From the NCBI GenBank assembly GCA_030390025.1, contig CM059433.1:30134001-30198000 (forward strand): a stretch of 64,000 nt of DNA. Reading direction: 5' to 3'. Positions 38,097 through 51,120 of this stretch are shown here, in pieces. The notes below the pieces were generated by a model. That model did no database searches and was not told the DNA's origin. It saw only the letters and a program-made list of their open reading frames with translations. Position numbers and translations under genes: made by a program. Position 1 is the stretch's first letter, and each line of letters starts with the position of its first letter. The stretch is from Squalus acanthias. Its lineage: Eukaryota.

Positions 38097-39700
38097 ATGC
38101 GGAGATGCCGGTGTTGGACTGGGGTGGACAAAATTGAGAGGTCGCACAACACCAGGTTATAGTCCAACAGTTTTATTTGAAATCACAAGCTTTCGGAGCT
38201 ATCGATTGCCCCTTCCTCAGGTGAAGTAAATAGATACAGAATCGCCAAAGCATACATAGATAGAGAACAAAGCATGTGTACCTTACAATTGCAGACCACT
38301 AAATTAAATCATCCTGACTATCTGCCGAGGTGTGATAAAGTTAATCAGGTCAGCCAGGAAGGTACCACATCAAAGACATAGCAAGATACAACTGAGACAA
38401 TGAGGTGTAGTCGCAGGGGTTCTAACGTGTCAAAAGCTGCCGTCTGTATGTAAAACGAAAAGCTTTAAAATTTTTACTTTTTTACTGGGAAAATTTTTAC
38501 TTTTTTACTGGGAATCACATCTGTGAACAAGCCAACGACGACTCGAGTCCGGATCACGTCATGTATCGTGACATAAACCCAAGATCCCGGTTGAGACCGT
38601 CTTCATGAGTGCGGAACTTGGCTATCAGTTTCTGCTCGATGATTTTGCGTTGTCGTGTGTTTCTAAGGTTGCCTTGGAGAACGCTTACCCGCAGATCCGA
38701 GGCTGAATGTCCTTGACTGCTGAAGTGTTCCCCGACTGGGAGGTAACAATCCTGCCTGGCGATTGTTGCGCGGTGCTCGTTCATACGTTGTCTCAGTGTC
38801 TGCATGGTCTCGCCGATGTACCATGCCGCGGTGCATTCTTTCCTGCAACGTATGAGGTAGACAACGTTGGCCGAGTCACATGAGTATGTACCATGTACCT
38901 GGTGATTAGTGTCCTCACGTGTGATGGTGGTATCTGTGTTGATGATCTGGCATGTCTTGCAGAGGTTGCCGTGGCAGGGTTGTGTGGTGTCGTGGTTGCT
39001 GTTCTCCTGAAAGATGGGTAATCTGCTGCGAACGATGGTACTTTTGAGGTTAGGCGGCTGCTTGAAGGCGAGTAGTGGAGGCGTGGGGATGGCCTTAGCG
39101 AGGTGTTCGTCGTCATCGATGACATGTTGAAGGCTGCGAAGAACATGGCGTAGTTTTTCCGCTCCGGGGAAGTACTGGACGACGTAGGGTACTCTGTTGG
39201 TTGTGTCCCGTGTTCGTCTTCTGAGGAGGTCTATGCGGTTTTTCGCTGTGGCCCGTCGGAACTGTCGATCGACAAGTCGAGGGTCATATCCCGTTCTTAC
39301 GAGGGCGTCTTTCAGTGTCCGTAGGTGTCCATCGCGTTCCTCCTCGTCTGAGCAGATCCTGTGTATTCGCAGGGCTTGTCCATAGGGGATGGCTTCTTTA
39401 ACGTGGTTAGGGTGGAAGCTGGAGAAGTGGAGCATCGTGAGGTTGTCCGTGGGCTTGCGGTAGAGTGAAGTGCTGAGGCGTCCGTCTTTGATGGAGATTC
39501 GTGTGTCCAAGAATGAAACCGATTCTGAGGAGTAGTCCATGGTAACTTTATCACACCTCGGCAGATAGTCAGGATGATTTAATTTAGTGGTCTGCAATTG
39601 TAAGGTACACATGCTTTGTTCTCTATCTATATATGCTTTGGCGATTCTGTATCTATTTACTTCACCTGAGGAAGGGGCAATCGATAGCTCCGAAAGCTTG
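38097..39700 (-). mobile_element. Penelope-like retroelement, 5'-truncated (RT C-terminus + GIY-YIG endonuclease), with pseudo-LTR, inverted partial pLTR and 15-bp TSD
   Basis: ORF 38554..39612: SFLDT...LYRKPT...SFHP...IPYGQALR..RICS (PLE RT thumb) and NVVYLIRC...YIGET...LRQRMNEH (GIY-YIG). 38186-38343 is the reverse complement of 39543-39700. TGACATTTAATAATG occurs at 38082-38096 and 39699-39713. Confidence 0.95.
38183..38226 (-). ncRNA. Minimal type I hammerhead ribozyme motif in the Penelope pLTR (second, 3'-clipped copy on + strand at 39661-39700)
   Basis: UCAC-CUGAGGA-A-GGGGC-AAUCGAUA-GCUCC-GAAA-GC-UU-GUGA: conserved CUGANGA and GAAA boxes, helix II, palindromic AAGCUU helix III, UCAC/GUGA helix I. 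Confidence 0.75.
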
Positions 39701-42700
39701 ACATTTAATAATGCCTGCTTCTATTATGTTTAATGAGGAACACTGTAGCACCTGTTAGTTACCATTTTACTTGGCTTTCATTACCATTCAGTCATCCTAA
39801 AACTAGCTGGCGCTGTAGTGAGTCAACTCGTCATTATGTTTATACCCCTTTCGTGCACCCTTCCCCTTCTGTACACATTAAGCTCATTTTAAATTTACTT
39901 CTGAGCCTCCCTTCCCCTCTCTTTTCCCCCCCCCCCTCCCAATAATTGGTCTTCAATTGGTAGCCCACTGCTCTGCTATTATCACCATCTGTGGCTCTGC
40001 TTCTGCACTGTGCTGAGCTCCTGTTTGTTTAATTCTGGTTTGTTCAGCTCTGATCTTGTGTATTTAATCGTGGCCTGCTTAATGCAATTTTTTTCCTTTT
40101 GCTCAGTTCTAAAACGGTATGTCCTCTGGCTCAACGTCAGGAATGTTATGGGAGATCTGCTATATATTCTGTATAGCACACATTTCCCTGCAAGTGTCTT
40201 GATTACTTTTTGTACCTTAGCACAACCTCTAACTCGAGTAGGAGATTTCTAGTTTTTACAAAATTTGATAGCGAGTGACAATACTAGTTGTATACACCTT
40301 GCAGTGATTGAAAATAATTCCAGCTGGAAACTTGACTCATTGTTTAGATATGATTTAAGAATGATTGATTGATTGAATGGCAGACTGACAGTAGTTCAGT
40401 ACTGGCAAGGATGACCAATCAGCAAAACAAATAATACATTTTTTAAAAATTATGATTCATTAACCATTATTACAAGTTAACAGTCATCTTTTTGTCTGTT
40501 TTTGCCAGTGATGGGACTTTTCTAAACTGAGGGAAACCCTTTGGCGAGTTCACTGTCCATACATCCCAACCTACAAAACTAGCAAAAGCTGACCCAATGG
40601 CTTCAAAAAAGCTGACGCAGCTCCCAAGACTTGACCATTCAAAAACAGCTTGACTATAAGCTTATGACACGCGAAGACAAGGAGTTAAGACTGAAATTAT
40701 AGGTGGTACATGGGGCTTATTACAAGTTAAGCTATAGGTAGACCAGCACCGTAGATTTTTGTCATGCAGGCCGACGTGAATGTGAAGAAAAGTTTATTTT
40801 CTAGGGCAGTCTTATCAACATGAGCTGAGAGTTTTGCTGCTTTAGTTGGTGCATTTTTGGGGGTATTTTGAAGCCTACTGTAACTGCATCTTTCAAGCCA
40901 AGAATAATGTATACTGGAAAGGTTATAGACATTTTAAATAAGAACAGTAGTTGTCAGAGATTCCAGTTCCTTTCATGGGCAATCTTCACTTCAGACACAC
41001 ATTATTGATTTGAGAACTGAAACTTTTGAGGACACCCATCAGAAATAGTCCCAACTGGCAATGCAGTCCACACTCATCTGATAAAACAGCCTCACTAACA
41101 CATCTGTCCCTCTCCCAGACGCCACAGCAGCTCAGAGGCAGATAAGAAATTATCTGGCTTGAGGGCATTCCAGTTTAATTTAAAATTATTTTTAAGTAAC
41201 TGAAGGAGAGATATGGCTGATTCCGTATCATCTAAACCTGTCTTGGAGCCAAGCTCTGATAAAAGGTCATACCAAAATGTTAGGCTGTATTTTTCTCCTT
41301 TTTAGATGCTTAATCTGTGTATTTAAAAGGTTTTCTTTTTTAAAGTATGGGACTAGAAATGACTTGGAAATGATAGCGGGTGAAGATTTCTAGTGATGTT
41401 CCTTGGTTTGCTATTTTTAACAGCAGCATTAACCTATTTATAATAAACTGGTTGATTCCCCGGTTAATAGACAGAAATTACTTGTAAAAATGTGAGAAGT
41501 TTGCCTATAACCATTGGCAGAAATAATAATTACTGCAACAATAATTTACATTTGTATAGTGCCTTTAATATAGAAAACATCCTCAGGCGCTTCAGAATTA
41601 CTGCACAGTAAGTATATGAAAATGTAATTTGCAGGAAAAGGCTTGGAGAGCTGATTTTGCACTCCAGTGAACACGGCTGACTGCCTCCAGTCTGGACTTT
41701 GCAATCTATTATATTAATGATTTAGTGTCACTTCTCACATTTCTTGTGGGTGTTGACAGCTGTAATATGGTGTGCAGTTTTCGTTTGGATTATACCGCAA
41801 ACATGCAAGTAAACTTAACAGTTTTCAAAGTTACAGAATATAAGGTGGGTTCTGCAGCTCACCCACACACAGTAGTGCCCTGTAGTAAAGTCCTAACTAT
41901 TGGACCATCTGTGCAATTACCTTAAGTAAACTGATCATTTACTCCATCCCCAACAAGCCCTGATAGTCTGCGAGTGAAGTGACAGGAATGCTCAAAGTTT
42001 CTTCTTGCATTCACAGCAAGGGACCACCTCCTTAATGTTTTTTTTTATAAAGAAATGGCTGCACTCCACTTGAAGAAAATAAATCTTCATGAACATCAGC
42101 CAGGATGTCCCAGAATATTTGAGAAAAATTTAACTTTTTCCAGAGCTGCATTTTAGCACCTATGTGACTGATTTGGGGATAAGCACTAAATAAACACACC
42201 TGTGATTGGCTGTAACTATCAGATCATCTGCCTTAATTTTTTGCGCAACCTATCATGGGAGAAAGTAACATCTGCATTGAACAGCCTTCAGGTTGACTCT
42301 CCAGTGCACCTGTTTCTGACAGTTGCCTAATCCACCTTCCAACTCATCTGGTTGATACTAACTACCTTGAATTCTTACGAAAATTGAAATTCTTCTTGTA
42401 ACGTTTGAACAAGTTGATTTTAAAAAGCATACATGCCACACCCTCGTTTGCATTTCTGTGATGTTGCAACAAAGAAATATCTGAGCATGTATCCTTCAAT
42501 GCCTATGTGAAGCTTTGGTCTCCAACTAATGAAATTGCGAATGATCGGAGAAGAGCTGAAGAGTAACTTACTTCCGATCATTAAAGTTTAAATGGCAACT
42601 AGTGGGTACCCAGGATTTTGTTAACATTTAAAAGTTAACAGCTGCATTTATATTGCAGGAAATGCCCATAGTTGCTTGTGTCAGGCTGTCTCTTCCAGGT

Positions 42701-42830
42701 GGTTTTGCTTCTGATGCTAGCTAAGTGGTTGCTGACTGCAACTTTAAAACTGTGCTTGTGCAGTATAGTATTTTGAAAGTGAAACTGGCTGGTGTAGAAA
42801 CTATACATAAATAGGGCATTTTCTACAACA

Positions 42831-43210
42831 CTGTCAGCTTGGCTCAATAGTAGCACTCATTTCTGCATGGGGAGTTTGTGGACTCAAGTCCCACTCCAGG
42901 ACTGAGCACTGAAGGACTGCTGCATTGTCAGAAGTACCATCTTTTGGATAAGATGTTATACCAACGTCTCGTGCGCCTGTTCAGCTGGACATAAAAGATT
43001 CCATGGCACTATTCAAAGAAGAGCAAGGGGGTCTTTGTATCTCGGCCATGGATTCATCTCCCAACATGCCCATCATTTGCTGTTTGGGACCTTGGCGTGT
43101 GCCAATTAGCTGTCTCATTTGCCTACAAAACACTGTTTGGATTTTAGAATTCATTGGCCGTGAAGCAGCACTTTGGGACATCCTGAAAACATGAAAGGCC
43201 CTACAAGTTT
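42831..43210 (+). mobile_element. Older copy of the L2-tailed tRNA SINE
   Basis: TGTCAGCTTGGCTCAATAGTAGCACTC head, CAAGTCCCACTCCAG, tail CACTTTGGGACATCCTGA...ATGAAAGG. Confidence 0.75.
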
Positions 43211-46200
43211 TTAACAGCATCAGGAATGGAAATAGATATTACATTATATATTTTTGGAAGCAGTTTTGCCAAGTAAATGTACTACAAAATTGCAGTTTAG
43301 TACTGAGGCAATGCAAGAAACATTGCAAACACCTTGAGAGTTAAAGGCAGAAAGTGCCTTCTTTATATGATTATCACTCCTTTTAACACCTTTCATTATA
43401 TTAAAGATGGTGAGTGATTGAAATATTCTAACGGAACTGTGCCTGCAGATGTACTGTGAGCATAATATTGTGAAAGACTGCTGTACCATCCCCAGCCTTC
43501 CAGACATCAGAAACTGCCAGTTACCCTGTTAATTCACAAGAATGCCTCCTTACTGGGCTCTCAGACTCTGCCATAAGCTTAAAAGTCATCTAGCAAAAAA
43601 ATGAAAGCCCTCTATCTTCAAAACCAACTTTACCTCTGAAGAGGCCCCAACTGTGGACCCGCTTTAAAATAATCCCGACGTGACCTGCACTGAACTGTAA
43701 TTGTTCATCTCTCCATTATCTAAATCAATACCCCCGCATCCCCCCACCCCTCGACATCGCCTTTCCTTCACCCATTTAAAAAATACTCTGCCAACCAATG
43801 CCTTCCCACCCTTAATTTTATCTCTGAAGAAGCAAGTAGAAAAGCGAAGAGCTTATAACAGCAAGTGGATCTTTGTGTACCTCAAACGTTAGTTTAAAAA
43901 TGCCTTTCTGTCTCATTTCACTTACCTGTTTAAAAAAAAATCTGCCCCTTTTGAACTAACACCAGATTTGTGACATATGTCACAAAGAACTGTAGAACTG
44001 TGACCGTCATAAATTTAAGGAGAAGCTTTTCGACTTTGACCTCGACACCCCCCCCCCCCAAACTGAGTAGCAATTCACCCATGTTCCCCCTCCGTGTCCT
44101 AAAAGTAATACTACCAATAAGCTTTACCATTCCCTCTGACCCACAGAATGGTTTATTAGAGTTCAGAACCTAAAACTTTTTTTTTGCTAAACATAAGAGT
44201 GTTTGACTCTTAATTTGTGACATAAATTGCCATCAATTTCAGCCTATGACTCTTGCCATAGTGCAGCAGCCTTCAGCCCCAGCACACACTTCCACCGGAT
44301 AAAAGTTGACTTAACATGCATTACCTTCCATCACCCCAGGAAAAAGTGAAATCTTCAAACTTTGTTTTTTAGCTTTATATTTTTTTTTAAATTGTGAGAA
44401 TATTTGAACGTAAGGGCTGCTAGCATCTCAAAAAAATCACGGTATTCTCATGCATTTATTGGTCGAATTGGATTGACGATGCATAATTCTTTTCAAATTT
44501 ATTTTTGCTGAGCTGCACCAGCACTGTCCTTACTGTTTCTATTTTCATTTCAGTGGTTTGGCACTCTCCTTCAGATATCCCGTGCCATATAAAGGAAAGG
44601 CAGCTGCACTTTTGGTTGAGGCAAGCATCAAGGGCTTCCAGTCATTTGGGGGAATATACCATCTGTTTCTCCTCTAGGATTTAGTTGAGAAAGAAGCTGC
44701 TTCTACTAAAGGGCAACTTTCTCTGTGTCCATCATGTTCCTACAAACAAATTTGAATGTCTTGTGCCTGCAGCTCAGGGTTATTTTGCATTTGTCTGGTT
44801 GCGGAATGTCAGTTTTGCTGTTGGAACTGCATTTGAAGTTAACTGTAGTCCATTAATTGAGTGTGCTTGCACTGTCAAAATCTGAACTGTTTCTAGTCTC
44901 AAGAATCCTGCTATTCTTCACAGAATGCTGGGGGGGGGTTTGTGGAGGGAGGATGAGAAATAGTAGTAGCGAGTGAGGAACAGAAAATGAAACATGTTTA
45001 TGTGAGAAGCTTAATATTCTAACAGCTGCATATCTTGAACGATGGAAATTATATAATTATGTTGCCAAGTTATAATACAGAAAATGATTAGCTTCCTGAA
45101 GGTAGGCCACCTTTTACTGAAAGTGACGACATTTGAGGGCAGCCCAGTGGAGTCTCAGTATGTCAATGACCCTGGTTGGGGGAAGGTGGGGGCGGTGAGA
45201 GCGAATTTGACAGGTGGAGACATGAATGCTGTCAGCTTACTGGCAGACACACTCGTGGAGCCTACAAATGAATTCCGAGAAATCCATGGGCAAGATGTTG
45301 TGAACCAAGCATCTATTTTTAATTAAGTACAAGGAGCCAGAAACGACTTATTTCATGCATTTTAAATCCCTCCATGGTCTATTAATATATTCAAACAGCT
45401 ATTGTTTTTACATTTTAAATTTATTGCTCAGTCTCAATTTCAAAACGTAAGCTTGCCGGGTAGGTTTAATTTCGTGCTCTCATTTTAAAGCAAAAACAAG
45501 CCCATAGCACTGGCCTGTATACTGCTGTTAGCTGCACAGGAACAGTACTCATCCTTTCAAATCAGCTAATTTTGTCAAGTGAGACTTATCTGAACCCCAG
45601 CCTCCCATGGTTCCTTGAAGGTGAGATGTAAATATCAAGTTGCTGACACTCTGAAATGTATCCAAACTGACTAACCTATTAATGCTGTGATTGCAGAAAT
45701 GAACTGCATTCTGTTAGGAGTGTATTTGCTCATGGTACAAGAATGTATTTTATGTTTATAGTTTTTCTTCAATCATTTTACTATTATTTTACTTTGTATG
45801 TTCTGTGCATTATACTTTTTCTTTGTATAATACCGTGAATTTTTAAAAATACTTTCAAAGTAGTATGTTGTAACCTGGTATTCAACATGTGTTGCCTGTG
45901 TTCATAGAAAGTATCTGGATGTGTTTTGAGGCTGCTGCTGGACTAGGAAGCAAAGATAATTAATGTTCAGGGGGGAAAGTAAAATTTGACTGGTTTCAAA
46001 CTTGTATAAATACAGAAGGCACTCATTGAGCAGAAAACAGCCTCTGCCTCCCTCTTGAGGTTTAGAAGTGTGCTATATATGTCTGGTCCTGAAGCATGTG
46101 CAGGAGTCAAAAGAATGCAGACCTTAGCTTCCCTTATACTGAACATTAGTATTCCCAATATTCACCAGTGAAGGCAACCACTCTATCTTGATTGGATCCT

Positions 46201-48894
46201 AAAAGCAGCTTTACTTATACACACACATGTTCCTATGTAAAAGTCTTCACCTGTGTCAGTTCTCTTGGCATGTAATATTAATTTGTTTCATTTGTGGGTT
46301 TTTTAAAACTAAAATGCCCTCTAGTGCATGTTCTGCATGTGTCTCAGTTGCATCAGATTGGTTCAAATGTTATATTCCTAAAATGAGCAACTAACCTTGG
46401 GGGACCTACCCATGAATAAGTAGCAAGCTAAACTGGCAATCGAAAGTAGCAAGGAGGTACGAATGTTACCAATCCAGAATCAGTTGTTGTTTTATGAATT
46501 AAACTATCAAGGAGCCTAAAAGGAACTAGTTAACATAAAATATTTTTCAAAAATCCACTTAATTGTCACCTTGTTTTGTCACTAACCCTGAGGGACATGG
46601 TACTCTAAATGTTTATACCTTAAATTTAAAACAATAACACCAACTTGCAAGCATAAAGCTTACCTACACAATTGTCTTTGCTGTGTTTGAAATCTCTAAC
46701 CAGATTTCTCATTGAAGGCTTGTCCTTCTCTCTCAGGGGCCTGGGATTTGAGTTAATAGGCCTTCCTACACCTATAACTCATCACCAAGCTAAAGGAAGA
46801 GACTGAGCCATGTAGAAAACTGCCAAGTGCCAGTGTCGCTCTGCAGAATATACAAATGTTGCTCTGCACACAGAATGTGAACTACACCTTCCAAACTATT
46901 TTTGTGCTGAATTCAATGAGTGGCACCGCATTTTAAAGTGGGGAGCTGCCTAACACGTTTTTTTTAAATATGACTAACTGCAATATTAGCCATTCAAAGT
47001 GTGCTAAAACATACTGTTGGTAAATCTGCCCCCAAACCCCTTACTCCGCTGATGGAAAAGGACTGATGGCACGGAAGCAATTTTTATGAGTGGTGCATAC
47101 TTGAAAGTAGCTGTGAATTTTCTGTGTATGAATACAACAAAAAAGAGTAAAGTATAAACTTTTGAACTATAGCTGATGTAACCTTGACAAGAAAAACAAT
47201 AGGCTTGTAATCTATAAACAATAATAGTGCATATATGCTATGGCATATCCAGTCAATCCTGCTGCTCATCAGCTTTTAGTTGCCACATAACAGGAAACTG
47301 ACCCTGCTCAATCCATGCTTTAGTTTGTGCCTTATGTTTCACTTCTTTTCCTGTGCTTCATTCCCCATTTAACTGCACCACTCCCTGGCCTGTGCTTGGG
47401 TCTCTGCTTGAGTAATGCCAAAGGAGATTTATTAGGCTGTCAAATGCTTGCGTGCCTAATCTCTGCATGATAGGACCAGAGAAGGCAAATACTTTCACTG
47501 CAGAGGTGTGGATAAATGCAGCTTGTTTTGACACGATGACTTGGAAACACAAACTTAATGCAGACTGGTCAAGTTTGAGGGTGACCACTGGACTGTCGTG
47601 GCTGTCTAGATAAAACAGTCAAAGACCTGTAGAAGGTATTGGATTAAAATCTGCAATTAGACAAATTAGTGAGAAGTGGAATTCAATACAGATAAGTATA
47701 AGGCATTAAACCCAATACCATACACGTTGTACAGAGTACAGACAGGCATGCTAATGAGTCATCTGCACAGGATCAAGGTCTCAACACAATGCATATTAGA
47801 AATTTGACTGATTCAACCATTAGAAATAATGGGCTTTGTCATCACGACCAGTCTGTAAACTTCCACACATTACCCTCAAAAACATGAGGTAATTTTATAA
47901 TCACTGTTGGGAAGTGGCTACATCTGAAGGCTTCCCCTTGGAAATATGGATAGTTCTAGACAGTTGCATATTTTTCCCCTCTCAGAACAAGAATAAAAAA
48001 ATCTTTTTGGGGTCAATTTTCCTTTACTCCCTCCTCTCCTCTTCCCCATTGCCTGGACGCTGGACAGTCTCAAAGTGCCTGAAGCACTGATGTGAAAGTG
48101 CAAATGGCTTGCAGCAATAGTGATTGCCAGAAAGAACAGCCAAAAGGCCTCCAGCCTATTCCTGGTCCAAAGTCACTGAAATGAAGAAAAGGGACTTGTC
48201 TTCAGAGCTGTTGCCTATCCCTCTGACTGTCTGGTTAGGGTGAGGCTGTCGCAAGTTCTTAAGAACTACTACTTCTGAGTGCCCCAGAGTGGTGAAGAAA
48301 CAGAAGGGCCGGGAATGACCTTTTCTAACTCATTTGTCTGTTCTGGGCCAGCACCTATTGCAGGTACAGGCAGTTCCTCCTTCGCCCCCCCCTCACTCCC
48401 ACCCTTTTCCTGGGACAACCTTGAAAATCCTAGGGGAGCATAAAGGGAGTGGAGACCTGGTGTCCCAAGTGCCCAGATATTAGGTGTTCTTGGGCACTGA
48501 CCACGGGATAATTGGTTCCTTTGTTTCAGTCATCCAGCTGATGTCAATTTTAAATTCACTTTACTCCGTCTAAAGCCCTATCAAAAATTATATGCTATAG
48601 AAATTTTACTATTTGAATTGTACATTTCTCCTTCCATCATAAGCATCAATCTTCTTTGTTTCCTTCTAATAAAAAGTTAATAGAACTTGGAACAGCTGCA
48701 TTATGCAACCCTGTGTACAAACTACTAAGTTATCTTGAATCTTAGTACTTTGCAAAACGACTGTATTTTTATGAATTTCGATTGTGACAACGCAGTTTGA
48801 TCTGTGTATAGTCCCTTAAAGACCACGTGAAATATAACCTACAGCACTGGTTTTCATTTGCATTCTTTTTGTTTGGCATTGACAATGAGAGGTG

Positions 48895-49215
48895 ACTACA
48901 GCAGCCAATTTTAAGACGGCAAGGGGTCTCAACCAGAAAATGAATGGCCCGATGACCTTTTTTGGCTTGAGGGAGGAATGTCAGCCAGAACAGCGGGGAA
49001 AGTTCCTGCACTCTTTGAATAGTGTAATGTAATTGTTTACATTTACCTGAACAGACAGTATGGGCTTTGGTTTGACTTCTCATCCGAAGGACATCCCCTC
49101 AGACAATGTAGCATTCCCTCTGTAGTACTGCACTGGAGCGTGAGCCTAGATTACGTGCTCAAGTTCGTAGTGGGCTTGAACTACACAATTTTGATTTGGA
49201 GGAGAACGTGTCAAA
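48895..49215 (-). mobile_element. Degenerate copy of the same tRNA SINE
   Basis: Reverse complement contains CTTGAGCACGTAATCTAGGCT..CTCCAGTGCAGTACT and CTTCGGATGAGA. Confidence 0.7.
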
Positions 49216-49923
49216 CTTTTATTTATATTCACACTACTTGCTTATATATCAAGTCACAACATACAAATCTTTTATCTTACTAAGAGTGAGCCTTATTTAT
49301 TCCATTTAAAATGATCTTGTCTCATTGAAATAAAGGAGATGTGAACACCGGCAGAGAGATTTTATCTCAAATTTATTCATGTGGCTCAAGAGGTTTGGTG
49401 TCTACTTGCATTAATCAAAGTTCTTTAGGTTAGAACCATTCATTTATGTGACACGAGCGGCCAAACCACAGCCCTGCTGTTAGGAAGGCATCCTCAAAAT
49501 AACATGGCTTGCTTTCATTTGGAAATTGTGAGCTGCTTCACTGTTCTTTTAAGCCAAATACCTATTCCTTGAGAGCTCTAAAGAACAACCAGACCTGCAT
49601 CAATTGCTGCAGAACGCATGATTTCTGGGGTACTCTGTTCAAGATGAAATGCAAAATAAAACATGAAACAAAGTGCTGTAGTTTGGTGCACAATTTAGCA
49701 TGTTGAGAGCAAGCCAGCATAACTAGCTTGTCACACTGGAGCCAGTAATCTTGGGCAGTTTAGTGTAAACCATATTTCTAAAGTTCCCCATTCAGATATT
49801 TAGCCGGAGTTGCAGTAAGCTGTTGTGATGATGCCTGGAGGATCATGGGTACCATGGTCTCCTGCTTCGGGATACTCACAAAGCCCAATTCTTCAATGGG
49901 TGTATTTGGGTTAGGGTATGATC

Positions 49924-51120
49924 GTAATGCTCACAGGAATAGCCGCCTTTCCACTTCTAGATAGTAATGCTCACAGGAATAGCCGCCTTTCCACTTCTAG
50001 ATAGTAATGCTCACAGGAATAGCCGCCTTTCCACTTCTAGATAGTAATGCTCACAGGAATAGCCGCCTTTCCACTTCTAGATAGTAATGCTCACAGGAAT
50101 AGCCGCCTTTCCACTTCTAGATAGTAATGCTCACAGGAATAGCCGCCTTTCCACTTCTAGATAGTAATGCTCACAGGAATAGCCGCCTTTCCACTTCTAG
50201 ATAGTAATGCTCACAGGAATAGCCGCCTTTCCACTTCTAGATAGTAATGCTCACAGGAATAGCCGCCTTTCCACTTCTAGATAGTAATGCTCACAGGAAT
50301 AGCCGCCTTTCCACTTCTAGATAGTAATGCTCACAGGAATAGCCGCCTTTCCACTTCTAGATAGTAATGCTCACAGGAATAGCCGCCTTTCCACTTCTAG
50401 ATAGTAATGCTCACAGGAATAGCCGCCTTTCCACTTCTAGATAGTAATGCTCACAGGAATAGCCGCCTTTCCACTTCTAGATAGTAATGCTCACAGGAAT
50501 AGCCGCCTTTCCACTTCTAGATAGTAATGCTCACAGGAATAGCCGCCTTTCCACTTCTAGATAGTAATGCTCACAGGAATAGCCGCCTTTCCACTTCTAG
50601 ATAGTAATGCTCACAGGAATAGCCGCCTTTCCACTTCTAGATAGTAATGCTCACAGGAATAGCCGCCTTTCCACTTCTAGATAGTAATGCTCACAGGAAT
50701 AGCCGCCTTTCCACTTCTAGATAGTAATGCTCACAGGAATAGCCGCCTTTCCACTTCTAGATAGTAATGCTCACAGGAATAGCCGCCTTTCCACTTCTAG
50801 ATAGTAATGCTCACAGGAATAGCCGCCTTTCCACTTCTAGATAGTAATGCTCACAGGAATAGCCGCCTTTCCACTTCTAGATAGTAATGCTCACAGGAAT
50901 AGCCGCCTTTCCACTTCTAGATAGTAATGCTCACAGGAATAGCCGCCTTTCCACTTCTAGATAGTAATGCTCACAGGAATAGCCGCCTTTCCACTTCTAG
51001 ATAGTAATGCTCACAGATTATAGCCGCCTTTCCACTTCTAGATAGTAATGCTCACAGGAATAGCCGCCTTTCCACTTCTAGATAGTAATGCTCACAGGAA
51101 TAGCCGCCTTTCCACTTCTA
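49924..51120 (+). repeat. 40-bp minisatellite GTAATGCTCACAGGAATAGCCGCCTTTCCACTTCTAGATA, ~30 copies
   Basis: 27 identical units, one 41-bp variant at 51004-51044 (CAGATTATAG), one more full unit and a final 36-bp partial unit. No spacers. Confidence 0.98.

Noticed and set aside
39543..39612. N-terminus MCTLQLQTTKLNHPDYLPRCDKV of the 352-aa ORF as a real start
   Set aside because: It is read from the inverted pLTR arm fused in frame by chance. The RT catalytic core is missing, so the copy is not autonomous.
45084..47588. Nested gene from short ORFs in the long intron
   Set aside because: No recognisable domain and no consistent splice-phase chain.
49924..51120. CRISPR array or tandem ribozyme
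   Set aside because: Units are contiguous with no unique spacers, there are no cas genes, the context is a vertebrate intron, and there is no CUGANGA core on either strand.
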